DNA of 64,000 bases from Raillietiella orientalis (taxonomy: Eukaryota), in assembly GCA_036172245.1 (NCBI GenBank), contig JAYWIR010000003.1, positions 186,001 to 250,000 on the forward strand. The letters are read 5' to 3'. Shown one piece after another: positions 1-12,640 of this stretch. Both the position numbers and the translations under genes were made by a program. The notes beneath the pieces were generated by a model. It was given only the letters and a program-made list of their open reading frames with translations, made no database searches and was not told where the DNA came from. Position 1 is the stretch's first letter. The number at the start of each line of letters is the position of its first letter.

Positions 1-879
1 CGGAAGCGAGGGGTAATTGGGAGGAGAACGGAGACTGCGTTCGCACCGGAAGGACAGCCGGTCGCGATGGTGTCCGTGCTCGATTGCAATTGGAAGCCAA
101 GAGCGACGGCAACTTCCGCTTCACCCCGAATGAAAATGAGGGAAGCCGAGGAAAGTAAAGAGAATCCGCAGAAGTAAATCACGTGATAGCTTGATTGAGC
201 TGATTGTCCTGAATTATCTTGATGCCCGATCGATTAGTCCAGTCGATCAAGAACCAGGAGACCTTGTTGACCTTGCACACTATTCACGGTGCTGCTAATT
301 GTCTGCGCCAGAACTTTTGCTCCTGAACGAAGACCACCGCCATCAACTTGGAAACTGAACTGAGAAAAACGGCGGCAACCGACCCTCACGCGGGATGCTC
401 ACGTGCGTGTGTGCTACAGGCACCTACAACACGTGGGCCGAAGTTAACCCCCTTCCGTCGCCGCATGGTCAGAGCAGACCAATCCATAAACGACAGCGCA
501 TTCTGATATGTGATTGATTCCGGGACACCGAAGAACAGCCGCCGACCTCGGGAGGGATCGATAGGGCATCCGGGCGCAAGAAATCCTCTCGAAGGGCGTG
601 GGGCTTTGTGAATCGCTGGCGAGTCCGTACCAAAGGGGAGATTGAAACCGTCGAGAGAGACACGCCGACGTCTTCAGCTGAGAGGACGGTGAAGACCAGC
701 ATCGAAGCATCGACGCATGGAGACTCCAGAGCGGCAAGAGGCGATCCAACAGTATTCGATCTTTACGTTTAAAATGAGGCAAGTGTTTCATCTGATTTGA
801 TAATAGGCACTGCAACCTATCGCTTGATTCACTAGGGATCGTTTCTTTCGACGCTCTTTTGCAGTCCCGGCATTCTGTA

Positions 880-1640
880 CAACACACCTTCGGAAAACAA
901 ATCCAGGTGTGCGCCCCGCAGTTTGCTCACACCACGCTGAAGAACGGCCGGACCCTCCCCCTGAGGTGGCAGGGGTCGGCACTTCTGTTGCACTGGGGCC
1001 TCCCTTGCAACGCCCGTCGGTCTCAGTGGACCCGTAGGGCCGCGGACCCCAACTGTTGTAAATGCAGGGAACGAAAATCCTTCCCGCACCTGTTCGTAGA
1101 CTGTGCTGCTCTCCGGCCCCTGTGGTTGCATTTTACAACGGCCCTAGGAGCACCTTCGAACGCTCTCAGCGTCGTGTTCAAGTCCCTCTTTGTGCGCAAT
1201 GCTCCTTAGCCTGCCTCAGCCCTTGAAGCTCTTTGCTGCTGTCTACGTGGGATTTTGGCGGCCTGGAGCTACGCTCGAGGAGGACGGCGCGATAGGGACG
1301 CCATATGCTTCTCCCTGCGTTTCCTGTGGACGGCAGCAAGATGGCCCCACCTGGGGCATACTCGGATAAGTTGCCGACATCCTGGAAAGGACGTAGAGGG
1401 CGCTCTCCAGAGGACAGCGATCCTTTCTCGTGCCCCTTCAGAGTTTTTTTTTTCATTATTGATCTTTATTTTTGTTTGCCCCTCCGCTTCCGAGGCGAAC
1501 CTCGCTGGCCTGCATGCCGATCACTCAACAGGTTCCCGCCATTTTCGGACGATGTAGGGCTGATAGCCCTACACATGTATGTTTGTTATTTCTTACAATA
1601 AACGCCCTGGCGTGACTGGGTGATAAGCCACGCGCGTTCG
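880..1640 (+). mobile_element. 3' fragment of an L1/Tx1-like non-LTR retrotransposon (ORF2 C-terminal zinc-binding region + 3' UTR), degenerate
   Basis: Translation LLLHWGLPCNARR...PNCCKCRERKSFPHLFVDC...LW fits the zf-RVT pattern (LP..R..CxxC...E...HLFxxC...W) of LINE ORF2. In-frame stop at 1207-1209. Closely similar copies at 10450-11100 and 29281-30900 on the minus strand. Confidence 0.85.
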
Positions 1641-4600
1641 GAGCGCTGGCGGTCGCCAGGATGTCTTGTAGAGCAGGTCGGCGCAAAACATCACATGATC
1701 CCTACAAGAAGCATCGAAAGTTGGGCTGCTGGAGCGACACTGAGCACAGCGGTCTGCATGCAGCACGAAGATCCTGAGTCGAAGGAGGCCCAGACCACAA
1801 AATGTGGCCACTTACCACGGCAGGTGGGCCCACTCGATCCCCCCAGCCCTTGCCTTCGATCCGCCCGGAGCATTCCTAACGTGCCTCATAGATGGCGGAC
1901 GCGCTCCCCGAGGGACACGCCACTGGCCATCGTTCCGCAGGCCGCCGCGCGTACCACCACACCACCCCTTCGCACGGAATGAGGACCTCGTCGGAGGGAA
2001 TGCGGCTTCTACCACCACCACCCCTTCCGCACTCCAATAGAAGCTCGGCTGCCATCCGTCACGAAAGACGCTGCCTGACTCCCCTTACCCACGCTGGGAG
2101 CCACCCGCCTCATTCGCGATTGGTCCGCCGGAGGGGAGGTGGACTTGACCATGCCTGCAGAGCCTGCAGCACAGCGTGCTGTCCCCAAACGCAGGAGACG
2201 CGGAGGGACCGGGCAGCTGGCATGTCCCTCAGCTCATCTCCCCCTCCCCTCGCGCTGCAGGAAGGAGATCGTTGACCGTCCCCTGCTGGCACTCAGCAAT
2301 CCTGGCGGACGCGAGGAAGCGGATGAGGCTGCCGGTGCTCGACGCGCCATCTCGCGGGAGCTGGTGCGGAGGATTCGGCACGCAAGCAGCAAGCGGGGGG
2401 TTGGCCGAGGGCGAACTGGAGCGATGCGACCCCGGGCGTGCTTGGAGCGACCGGTCGGCTCACCGTCGTCGCTGCTGTCCCCCCTTCCCCATTCTCCCTT
2501 TTCCTGACGACGGGGCAATCCGAGGGTAACGGACCCAGCCAAGTGCTGAAGTTCGGAGGGAAATCGTGGCCCAGGGCACTCGCGCGACCGGGTCGTACCT
2601 CACCGAGTCGATGCCCGCAGTCTGGAAGGCAGGGTTGGGCGACGGCGCCGTCCAGAGAAGCTGGTCGTCCGCGGACCCGACGGCTGAGGGAAGGAAAGAG
2701 AGGAGAAGGAAAGGACAGGGAGGACCCTTCCATCCGTGCGGGAGCGAAGGTGCGTTCCTGGAACGGGGCGCCGAGTCCCGCCGCGCGCGCGTACGTTCCC
2801 GAAAGCGCAGCTGAGCGCTTTCTGCCGGCGTTTGCGCCGCTACCGCCACCGCCTACCGGTCCCCCCTTGGGATCAGGGAGTGGGGCGATGGGGTGGAGGC
2901 GCTGCATTCCCCTTCCCCACCCACCTGCTCCCGAGAAGAATTCGGGGGCTGGCAGTGATCGGGAGAGCAGCGCTCCCGGAGGTTCGTGGAGTCTCCGCAG
3001 GGAGTCTGCAGCCGCCGGAGCGGATGCCGCGGATGTCGTGGCGAACCGCACGGCGGTGAGCGGTGAGATCGCGGGGGAAGCACCTGCGGAGGCGACCTGG
3101 GTCCGCCTTTGCAGCGGGCAGTGCCGATTTTTTCTTTCCTTCCTCTCCTCCTCTCCTCGTTCCAGCGCCCGGGGGCGTCGATCCACCTGGTGGTCCACGG
3201 CGGGCGGCTCCCAGCTTCTTCCGGGAGGCGAGGGAAGATTCCAGGCTTGTCCAAGGAGATGCACCACTACCCCGGGAGGAAAGGCCGGGTTTTTCTCCTG
3301 ACGGCATTGGTGAGCGGCGCGCTCGCAGGACGCAGGACTACGAGCGGCTCCGTTGCCGTGCCGCCACAATCCCTGAACCGTTCTCCCCCCCGCCCCTCGT
3401 GCGCGCAGGAAGGAGAGGAACCTTTCGCGGCATGAAGGAGGCTCGACCTCGCTCCCCCCTCCCCGAGAGGAGACGAGGAAGGATGGGGACGAAGGGAGGA
3501 GGGAGAGGGTGGAAGCCGCGTCCCTTCCGACGAGGTCCGCATCCCGCGCTGCGAGAGAAGGGGGGGCGGCCGCCGCGCGTTTCCCCGCGAAGACACGGGG
3601 AGTCCACAGCGCCCTCTCGTCCGTGGGAGTGTCCATCCCGGGGGGCGTGGGATAGTCGGAAACGAATGGCGAATCTCCGGGAGCTGTGGGTCGAGGAAGG
3701 GAGATGGCGGGAGGCAGGGTTTCCCCTCCCCTCCCCAGTTTCGAGGAACCTCCCCCGTTCGGATGGCCAGCCGAATAATCGAAGGCCCGGGATGCCACCC
3801 GCCCGCGCCGTTTCCCTGGAAATGCGGGAGCGTCGCCGGCATCCGCCTCGCGCCGTCGTTCGCTCGGGCTCGCCGTACAGTGCGCCGGGCAGACCCCCAC
3901 TCCCCCATCCCATCATTCCTTCGGCAGCGACCCGATCGCCACCTCATCCGCGCGCGCGCTCGCGCACTCGTCGGTAGCGTCCCTCCAGCGTGTGCGGCGA
4001 AGGGCGACCTCCGCGGGGTGCTGGGAAACGAACTTCCCGGTCAGCCGGAAATGGACCGGACCGGGCGGGAAGAGCCTCCCGCCTCCCTTTTCTGAGGGAC
4101 GGCGACCACACTTCGCCACGGAACTTTTTTTTTTTTTTTCAAGAGGGGGAGGAGCGAAGGGGGAGAGGAAGAAGGGAATCTCCGGAAGTCCTCCTGCACT
4201 TCCGCGAGGTCTTTGGACGAGGTCCATCCGGACAAAATGGCGGAAGGGAGGTTGAGGGTCCTTTTCATAGCGGAGGGGGGGGGACGCGTCCCTTCCTCCG
4301 CGTTGCCATCCCGTTTTCCCCGGCTTCGGTAGGGGGACCCGGAAACACCCTGCGCGCTCCTGGGGAACCGGTTCTCGCATCCCGTCTCCGGGACAACGGG
4401 ATTGATCCTCCGCGATGCGGACGAGGGGGGAGGAGGAGGGGCTTGGCTGGCTCGCGGAACCCGCGAGAGCAGCTTAGGGAGCTCTCCTGGTGCCGATCCC
4501 GGGCAGCGTTTCCAGGAGCACTGGCAGGATGGGGGAGGGGGGCGTCTTCTACCGGGTTGTCCGGCTCGACGCGACCTCTTGATGACCTCCCGCGGAGGCG

Positions 4601-6452
4601 TTTGCGGCGACAGCATCCCGAGACCACGCACTGCTCTCCGAGGAGCTCGGAACGACCTTTCCAAGGTCTTCCGGCCGGACTGTGCACGTCAGGCTGCTCA
4701 GGAAGGCAGACCCTGCCGGCCGGGTTCGGGAGGACCCAGCAGGATTTTCCTTTTTTCCGTCCGGATTCGTTCTCGTCCTTGACCGGAATGAAGGGGGTGG
4801 GGGGGGCAGCTTCGTCGTGGACGGTAAGCGCAGCTGACACTGCCTGCGGCGACGGCTTGCTGGCGGCTCGCCTGGGGGTGACCCGCACGATGACCGGGTC
4901 CGGAACGCAACCGGAGTCCTTCTGTTGGGTAGTGGGTCACCCACGTGGACGAAAGTGGAGGTGCCCCGGTAGAGACCTGTAGGAGGAGACACCTCGGGGT
5001 CGAAGTGGTGCACGCCGATTCCCCGCTCTGCCGAAGTGCAAAGAGGGGCCTCGGAGGCCGAGAGGGAGGCAGGCAGCTACGGCAGGCTGCAAGATGTCGC
5101 TGGCAGTAGGGGGAGGGGGAGGGGATTTTGGGTACGGTGGGCTGGGGCGGTCTTCTTCCGCGAGACGGCGCCTCGGCTGCGTCCCTCGCTCAGGAAAGCA
5201 GCGATCGAGGACCACCGGAGGTCGGAGCGCTCCTGCCGGACTTGTCCGCGGCTGTCCTGGTCGTCAGGGCCATTCCCGCCCGCAAAAACCATTCCTGCAG
5301 GAACGGGAGAAAAGGTTGGGGGGAGGGTGTCATCGCTGCTCACGCGCGAGGTCAGCAGAGCAAAGCGGGCTCTGACGGGCGCGATCCCCGGGAAAGCGGC
5401 GGGAGGAGGGAAAAGCGGATGCAAAGTGGGACTCGGGAGCGTCTCCGTGCCTGGAGGCGAACCTAGCATCGCGTCTTTGGCGGGAGATCCCTCGGTGGCC
5501 CACGGGTGCGAGCGGAAAGGGGTCAGGGGGTTGCCGCGAGCGCTCCCCCGCGGAGGAACAGGCAACCGAAAGCGCCTTCTCGTTCTTCGCGGGAGCATCC
5601 ATCCCACGGGGAAGGGGAGAGAATGGCGAATCTCCGGGAACCATCGGAAGGGCATCGGGGAAGGGCGTCGGGTGCCTGCAGGGGAAGGTGGGGGAATGGA
5701 TGACCTCGTTTCCACCCTCTTCGTCGCGCGCTCGGACAGCTCGCTGAATTAGGGGCAGAGTAGGATAGGAGCGGTCTTTCCGGATGGGGTAGGAGGGGAG
5801 GGGGGGAGCGATCAGATGGGCGGACCCGAGGAGAGAAATCAGCCGTCGGCGATGCGAGCTGATTGGTTCCTGTCGGAAGTTCCTGCGTCCAACCCTCGCG
5901 CTCCCTGCTTGAAGTGTGTGGGGGGGGAGGGGGATTTGGGGAGAGGAGAGGGAAACGAATTCCCTTTCGGCGTCTCGCGTTTTGCCCGCGCGCCAAATGA
6001 GCAAAGCCCCGCTGGTACGGCCGGGCTGCTGCCCCGGTCGTCCCAGCGTGGCGCGGGCAGAGCCTCCGCCGCGCTCCAGGCAACGGGCGCCTACCGAGCG
6101 GCGGCGTCCCCATTGGAGTCGCGAGGCTTGAATCGGGCCAGCGGCGCGTCGCCTCCCGGAACGCGGAGGGGCCCGGCGGGAGGGTGGCGAGGATGCAGGG
6201 AAAGGGGCCTTCGTTCCGGGCTCGGCGCGTGCTCGAGGCGAAGAAGGGCCTCTTCTTCCTCTTCCTCCTCCCACGCGGGCTGGGTTCTGCCGCCGCTACA
6301 TGCTTGCAAGGCTGGGCCCGCGGGGGCCGAAGGATCCGGCATGCGCGCGTCCGGGGAACGCGGCGGCGGTGGCAAAGGGAGCGGGGGGGAGGAGGGAGGC
6401 ATCCTGCCCCCAGAGCGCGCGTGCGCGTGCACCTTGGCAGCGGCAGACTCAC

Positions 6453-6803
6453 CTCTCTTCCTTGAGCGTCTTGTCGTTCCAGGTGCTGTAGCGGCGCGAC
6501 TTGTAGTAGCAGCCCTCGGCGTGCTCACAGCTGAGGAGGTTGGCGGCGCTGCAGCGCCGAAACTTGCACTCGGGGAAGTCCGAGGGGAGGCGGCCCTGCC
6601 TGCTGCCGCACTGAAGCTGCATCCTGAGGAACCGGGAGCCTTGAGCGCACTGGGGGATGCCTCCGCGCGCGCGACAGAGGGCGACGGCGGACTCCAAGGA
6701 GCCGGACGCCGGGTATCCTCCCTTCCGTAGCGCGGTGTGTTTGCACACGTCGGGCGATGCGCCAGACAGCCCGCGAGGGACGGCGCGCCCGAGGCCGGGA
6801 GAG
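6453..6803 (-). CDS. Putative internal exon of an unidentified gene (Cys-rich peptide SPGLG...CKHTALRKGG...CRARGGIPQC...CKFRRCSAANLLSCEHAEGCYYKSRRYSTWNDKTLKEE)
   Basis: Acceptor cgcacag, strong donor AG|gtgagt, 351 nt, stop-free, GC3-rich codons. No family recognised. Confidence 0.4.
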
Positions 6804-6984
6804 CTGTGCGGGACGAGGGATCGCCACGGGGAAAGCCCTCCTCCTCCTCCTCTCCCATCTCATCCCTCCCCCCATGCAGGTTGCATCGGGTAAGAGGCTA
6901 CAGTCGGAAGCTGCCCACATGCCCGCCACGGTGCCATGCACAGGAAGCGGAAGAGGCTAGGTTTGGCCACGCAGTCCCCTGCGG

Positions 6985-7210
6985 GGCTCGCCCTGCGAGG
7001 ACTTCGGTCTGCGCGCACGGTAGCGATCGTTGCGGGTTCGAATTCCACCTAGGGAAGATATCGACGCCGCGAGGGCAAGGAGGAAGGGGCTGCGTCATGG
7101 GCTTCGAACGCCCCCTCCCTCAGGGCGACGCTGGTTGGCCTATTTGGACGCGCCACTGGCGGAAGCCGGAAACCCCCGTTGACTGACCTCGGTCGGGTGC
7201 CGCACCCCCT
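6985..7210 (+). mobile_element. tRNA-headed SINE-like element, truncated copy
   Basis: B-box GGGTTCGAATTCC at 7034-7046, followed by gctggttggcc...ggcggaag...ttgactgac shared with copies at 17.4-18.0, 21.5, 22.0-22.7 and 31.9 kb. Confidence 0.65.
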
Positions 7211-7779
7211 GGATGGCTCCCAGAGGAAGCACCCGCTGCCCGTCGTGATCGCAACCCGCGCGATCCGAACCGGGCACGTAAGGAAGGAATGCGGCTTCCT
7301 CCTGCTCAGCCCTCCGGGTTCCGAGAAATTCCGGCTCCGTGCTCGGTCAGGGCATCTCTTGCGCTCCCTTCGTTCCCGCAGGCACCCGTCCCGATTCTTT
7401 CCTTGTGCGCGGGCGTGTCTCTGCGTTTCCAGGTTACACTTCACGAGCAGCATGAAGGCATAGCACGGCAATAACCACACGAAAGTCTCCTATGATGGGA
7501 GCGGCATGGGTTCAGCGAGGACGTTTGCTTCCTCTCTTTCCTTTCCCAACAGCTGTGCAGAACCGGCCCGTTTCCCGCGGTGAGGTTGCTCACGGCAGCT
7601 CCAACAGTAGGTGCGGGACCCTCACGAAGACTTCCAGAGCCAGGAGAAAACCGTTGCAAAGAGGACGTCCTTCCCGTCGCCCGCCGTGGAACCGAACCTC
7701 CTTCGCTCCGGACTGAGACGCCTTCAGAGTTCATTCCTCAGACGTCTTCTGGCTCTTCTTCAGTTCTTTTCCATTTCTT

Positions 7780-9700
7780 CAAAGATCTTCAGTCACCCGA
7801 GGGTTCGTGCTGGGTGCAAAGGGGACATTGGCGAACGAGGCAGTTTTGGAGCATTCCTGGCTTGGAAACATCCAATCTGATGATGCCGGCTGGCGTTTTC
7901 AACGGACACGGATACATATATGTATACACATACACAGAGAGAGAAAGAGAGAGGAAGAGTTCTTCGCTTCCTCTTGCGATTAGAAGATGCTGCAAAAGCT
8001 GCGAAGAAGCACGCAGCAGGGATGCGGGGAGCCCTTTTGCAGCCAGAAGAACTCCGGAGAGGAGCGAACAAGACGTAAAAAGAAGTCTGTGGCACTCCGG
8101 GAAAAAAGAAGCCGCAGCACGATGCGACGCCATCAGGAGGCACGCGAGGGAGAGCACATCCGAAGTCCACGGTGGGAAATCTCCGCCATCTCGTGCGAGC
8201 CGAAATCTCGCGCTGATGTGGTGGAAACGTTCTGCAGCCTGCAAGACTTTTCGCGACCTCGGCCGCCGCTGCTCTCTTCCAGATTAAAAACGTGCGTGTG
8301 ACTCACGGAGGCGATCAGCTGCCTCCACAGCAACCGCAACCTCGCGCACTTGAGGACACTTGCAGCGGGGATGCCGAAATGATGCGGAGGATGGGAACGA
8401 AAACTCGGAATGGGCAGTGCAATAACACGTACCGGCGTCCACGTAAACTTCTGTACTGGGTGACCTGTCCACTGGTGGAGCGGAGGCGACAACTGCTCGG
8501 TTTCGATTAAGAAACGGGAAGGGGAGGGGTGAGGGGGAACCGATTCCCCCCGTTCGACATGGGCCACACTGAAGGACTCGCAGATGGAGCGTCGCTGAAC
8601 CCTCATAATGCGAGGGGCGGACGTATGCTGGACACGGAGAGGCGATCCGCACCCGCACGTCGGAAGGTGTTTCTCGCGAGAATGGGCAAAACACACACGC
8701 CGCTCGGAAGAGGAGAGGTGCTTGATGCTTGAGCAACTTGGGGGGAGCTCGCGTCGGAGCTCAAGGCGGCGACGGCGGCATCTGGATCACGATCCAACCC
8801 CGGGAAATGGCACTGCCTCAATAGCCAATCGCTTTGGAGATTCGGGCGGAAAAGCGTGCTTTCCTCGTATCCCGGGAGAGAGAGTCTGACATATATCCAC
8901 GATCCGTCGCGGCCGTCGTCAACCCGGATGAGCTCAGCATCGCTGTCCGCTGCCGCGCTTCCTCATCCTTGAACAAACGGCCACCTGCTCGTAGGCATGG
9001 CGAGCGTCTGTGGTTGACAGGGAAGCGGGGAGGCTCCCGGCGCGTTTCGAGCACCGACCGAGAAATGACTTCGCGAGGGCGTTCACAGGGTATACCCTGT
9101 GATCACCTGCTCACGATAACTTCCGCTGGAGCAGAACGATGGCGACAGAGGTGGCGGCCGCGATGCGGCGCCCCATGCTTTTTCGAATCGCATTCTGCAC
9201 CCATTTTCGTGCTCCTTCCGCTCTTCTAGATGGAGAGCTGCTCTCCAGGAATATGCGGGCGGCAAAGCGAGCATCTTACCCCTGCCTTTACCCCTACCCT
9301 CCCGGAACGGAGAGCACCACTGTTGCCACCTACCTCGTCTCCAAGGCACATCCAAAGCATGACGACGCTTGAGATTTCCCTACTTCCGGAACGGGACAGA
9401 AAACGTCGATTCCTCCCTCCATCCCAGGGAAGAAAGCAGGAAGAGCGGTCCCAAGGCCGTGACCTGCTCGGATGCGTGGGGGAAGGGGAGGAAGATCGGA
9501 AAACCGTGAAGTGGTTGGGTGCACGTGGATCCGGCCCCCTCCGATCGGCTACGAAATGGCAACGCCGTCTTCGAACGCTCCCCGCGTCTCGTTGAGCTTA
9601 CCAGGCGAGGTGCGTCGATCACACTCTCAACGTCCAGAATGCTCCCAGTCACTGCCGGAATGCTCGTGTCCCCACGAGGTCACTGGTGCCGGGAGGATAA
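7780..9700 (-). mobile_element. Highly decayed LINE ORF2 (RT to C-terminus) remnant
   Basis: On the minus strand, in the expected order and across frameshifts: EQVTALGPLFLL (PQGSxLGPxLF-like), HALDV (YADD-like), ALHLEERK, RISKAIG, and later RQCPLC. Confidence 0.45.
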
Positions 9701-10139
9701 ACAGGAAAAAAAAAACACCAAAAGTTTCTTGGGACCAGGGGCAAAGTTTGACCGCCTTTCCCGAATCAGGAGATTGATTCGCAGCATCCGTTCTGGGAAA
9801 CAGATTTTCGTGATTTAATGGATGAGTGGATCCATTAATAAATCGCAGCGGACTCTGGCGTGGAGGGAGGGTAGCTTTGGGGTCCGAGAACGTCCCCCGA
9901 GTCCCGGCGTGTATCCGGACCTGATTCTTTCCTCGATTCGAAACATCAGGCTCATCCGCGATAAGCCCAGCTCTTCTTGTACGTCGAAGCAGCCAGCGGG
10001 CTTGAAAATCTTCTTTGCCTTCGCTTTCCTTTCAACTCATTTGTTGATTCTCTCTCTCTCCCCCTCAAAGAAAGATTCATTCCATTTTCAGGATTTGTTT
10101 GTTAGGAAGGAGTTCTCCGGAAGCGAACTCGCATGAAAG

Positions 10140-10445
10140 TCACCGCACTTCCGGCGAAACGCGCCCTTTGGTCAAGTGCACCTTCCCCGTCGTCGCTCCT
10201 GCCCCCGACCCGGCTCGAACTTGGCCCGAGAGTTCTCTCTGCACACGGAAGGAAGGTGGACAGACAGCTTGAGTGACCACCGAACCAGCGCAGCCTTCAT
10301 CACCGGGGGGCACGGGCGATTCGAAAACGGGAGAACTCACCGACGCTGCGACCCCGATTGCTCGACCTCGTGGACTTTGGCGCTGGGGCGTGCTACTGGT
10401 TATTCTGGAGGAAGATCTGCAGTGACCCCCAGTGGCGCTGTCTTG
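10140..10445 (+). mobile_element. Internal ORF2 fragment of the Tx1-like LINE family
   Basis: 10340-10435 (gacgctgcgaccccgattgc...gctggggcgtgctactggttattc...gaagatctgcagtg) aligns with 18900-18995. Confidence 0.6.
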
Positions 10446-10449
10446 ACAC

Positions 10450-11100
10450 CCGGGTGCGCCGTGGCATTTATTTTAAAATAAACAAACATGTGTAGGGCCA
10501 TCGGCCCTACAACGTCCGAAAGAGTTCGGAACTTGCCGAGTCACCGGCACGCAGACCAGCGAGGTTCGACTCGGCAGTGGGGGGGGGAGGGGGGGGGCAA
10601 ACAAAAAGAAAAATAAAGAAAAACGCTATTTACAAAAACAGGGAGGGCTGGGGGAGGGATTACGTTCCACTGAAGACCGTCCTCTACATCCTTTCCAGGA
10701 TGCCTACAAGTTCCATCCGTGTATGCCCCAGGTGGGGCCATCTTGCTGCCGTCCTCAGGAAGACCAAAGCGAAGCAGATGGCGTCCCTTATCGTGCTGTC
10801 CACCAGTGGAGTTGCTCCAGGTCTCCACAATCCCACGTAGGCAGCAAAGGGCTGCAAGGGCTGAGGCAGGCGAAAGAGCATTGCGCACAAAGAGGGACTT
10901 GAACACGTCTCTGAAGGCGTTTGAAGGTGCTCCTAGGGCCGTTGTAAAATGCAACCACAGGGGCCGGAGAGCAACGCAGTCCACTAACGGGTGGGGGAGG
11001 GATTCACGCTCCCCGCACCTGACACAGTTGGGGTTCCCACACCCCCTCATCCATTGATGACGGCGGGCGTTGCACGGTAGACCACAATGCAGCACCAACA
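10450..11100 (-). mobile_element. 5'-truncated L1/Tx1-like LINE copy (zf-RVT + 3' UTR)
   Basis: LVLHCGLPCNARRHQW...PNCVRCGERESLPHPLVDCVALRPLWLHFTTALG. Collinear with 980-1640 through the 3' hairpin and AATAAA. Confidence 0.85.
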
Positions 11101-11284
11101 AATGAATAAATAATGTATATAAATATTTTCATGTTGCATAATAATATTAAATCTGATCTGAGCCCCGACGGCCCGGCACGTCTGTTGTATGATCGGCTGT
11201 GGTGAGGCCACACGCTCCACCGCGTCGCTCGCATATTTATTTTAATTAAAAAACACCCCGACGGGTGACAAGTCTTCCCGTAGC

Positions 11285-12640
11285 TGGATTTGTACGCGGT
11301 CACGCCAGGACGTTTATTCAAAAAATAAACTCCGAATCAGGGAAACTTCTTTTCATCCATAAACACAAGAGATGCCAGAAGAAAAAAAAAGAAATCCATT
11401 GGGGATGACCGGCACGCAAGCCGGCCGCTCTGGAAACTTGGAACGGAGGGAGGGAGGGGACAATAATTAAATGGGAAAAGATGGGAAGGTAGGGACAGGG
11501 GTCCTTTCTTCCTAGAAGCGGCTGTGGATGCTGGAGATCTCCCTGGAGACTTCTTCTTCTTGTAGGTGAGGCCGCCTCGTAGCCGTCCTCTTCAAGGCGG
11601 TTGCTCCGTTCGGATGACCTCCTTTAGCTGCTTCAGCATGCTGCGGACCGTCGCGATAGTAGCACGGATATGCGCGATCACGGCGCCCGCAGGCAGCCCC
11701 GTCTCGAGTGAAGGGGCGATGTCCTGCGCTCGACGGAGCGCCCAAGCGAGTGTCCACCACATGTCCTCCAGGGCACTGCAGTCCAGCAGGAGGTGCGGGA
11801 ACGATTCCATCGCCCCGCAACTCGAACAGTTCGGGGAGGCGACTCCCCTGGGAAATCAGGTGCCTGAGCTGGTTGCACCGGAACCTCCAGTGCAGAAACA
11901 GCAGCTCATCCCGTTTCCAACGGAGAGGGAACACAGAAGTGTCCGAACGCAGGGAAGGGATCGCGAGTTCTTCGGGGGCCACAACGAGCAGTTCGCTCCA
12001 CCGAAGGAGTCCCTTCGCCCGGAAACGAGGATTGGCTCGGCGCCCACCAACTCGCTCATCTTGCGGCAATCGAGGAGTTCCTCCACTCCTGCGATGGTGC
12101 AGGGCAACTATCACAGCGCCAGTTGGCTGCTGTCACCGTTTTCCCTGAGGGCAGACAGTGCTGCGGCGGGGGGTGTGACGGCAATCCGGGACCACCGTGT
12201 CCAGTCCTCCAGATTCCTAGTTTCCACAGCGGGCGAAGTTCCTCCGGGCGCACTACCAGTGTGGCCACTCGGGATCACAGTGCCTCCTGCCTCCAGGCGT
12301 TCCGGTTTGGTTATGACGGCAGGGGAACTAAGTAGCAATGAGGACGAATCCTGACATCCCTTGTCGGCGGCGCGGAAACAACGCAAGGAGTCCTGCTCTT
12401 TCGGCGCATCGCCGGAGGACGTGGCGTGCCGAAGCACACCGCTGGCAAGTCCACAAAGGGTTTGGCACAAAGGGTCAAAAGTCGGAACTGCGCCTGCAGT
12501 TCGATCTTGTGGATGGTCAAGACACAATCTGGCGCAGAGCCACCAAGTCGTTCTGACGGATCCGGGAAACTCCCGTAGCTGAAGGAATCGCAGCTGTTCT
12601 AGCAGGCTCCCGTCTTCCATTGAGGGCCTTCCACAGAAGG
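11285..12640 (-). mobile_element. Diverged subfamily copy of the L1/Tx1-like LINE (ORF2 3' part + 3' UTR)
   Basis: GLLRWSELL...LHWRFRCNQLR...(frameshift)PNCSSCGAMESFPHLLLDC...MW zinc-binding motif. The 3' end aataaacgtcctggcgtgac matches the copy at 1597-1616. Confidence 0.75.

Noticed and set aside
100..780. Possible endonuclease remnant on the minus strand (similar weak hints at 19.1-20.6 and 39.1-40.4 kb)
   Set aside because: Motif resemblance is too faint to support by eye. Needs a translated search against TE proteins.
2293..6858. Long ORFs in the track (e.g. 535, 330, 314 aa) in the GC-rich block
   Set aside because: They overlap in all six frames, are Arg/Pro/Gly-rich and carry no motif. 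This is expected from high GC, so they are not called as single-exon genes.
7034..7046. GGTTCGAAT T-loop motifs as tRNA genes (also 21580, 22670, 23530)
   Set aside because: No complete cloverleaf or acceptor stem. Most are followed by the shared SINE-like body.
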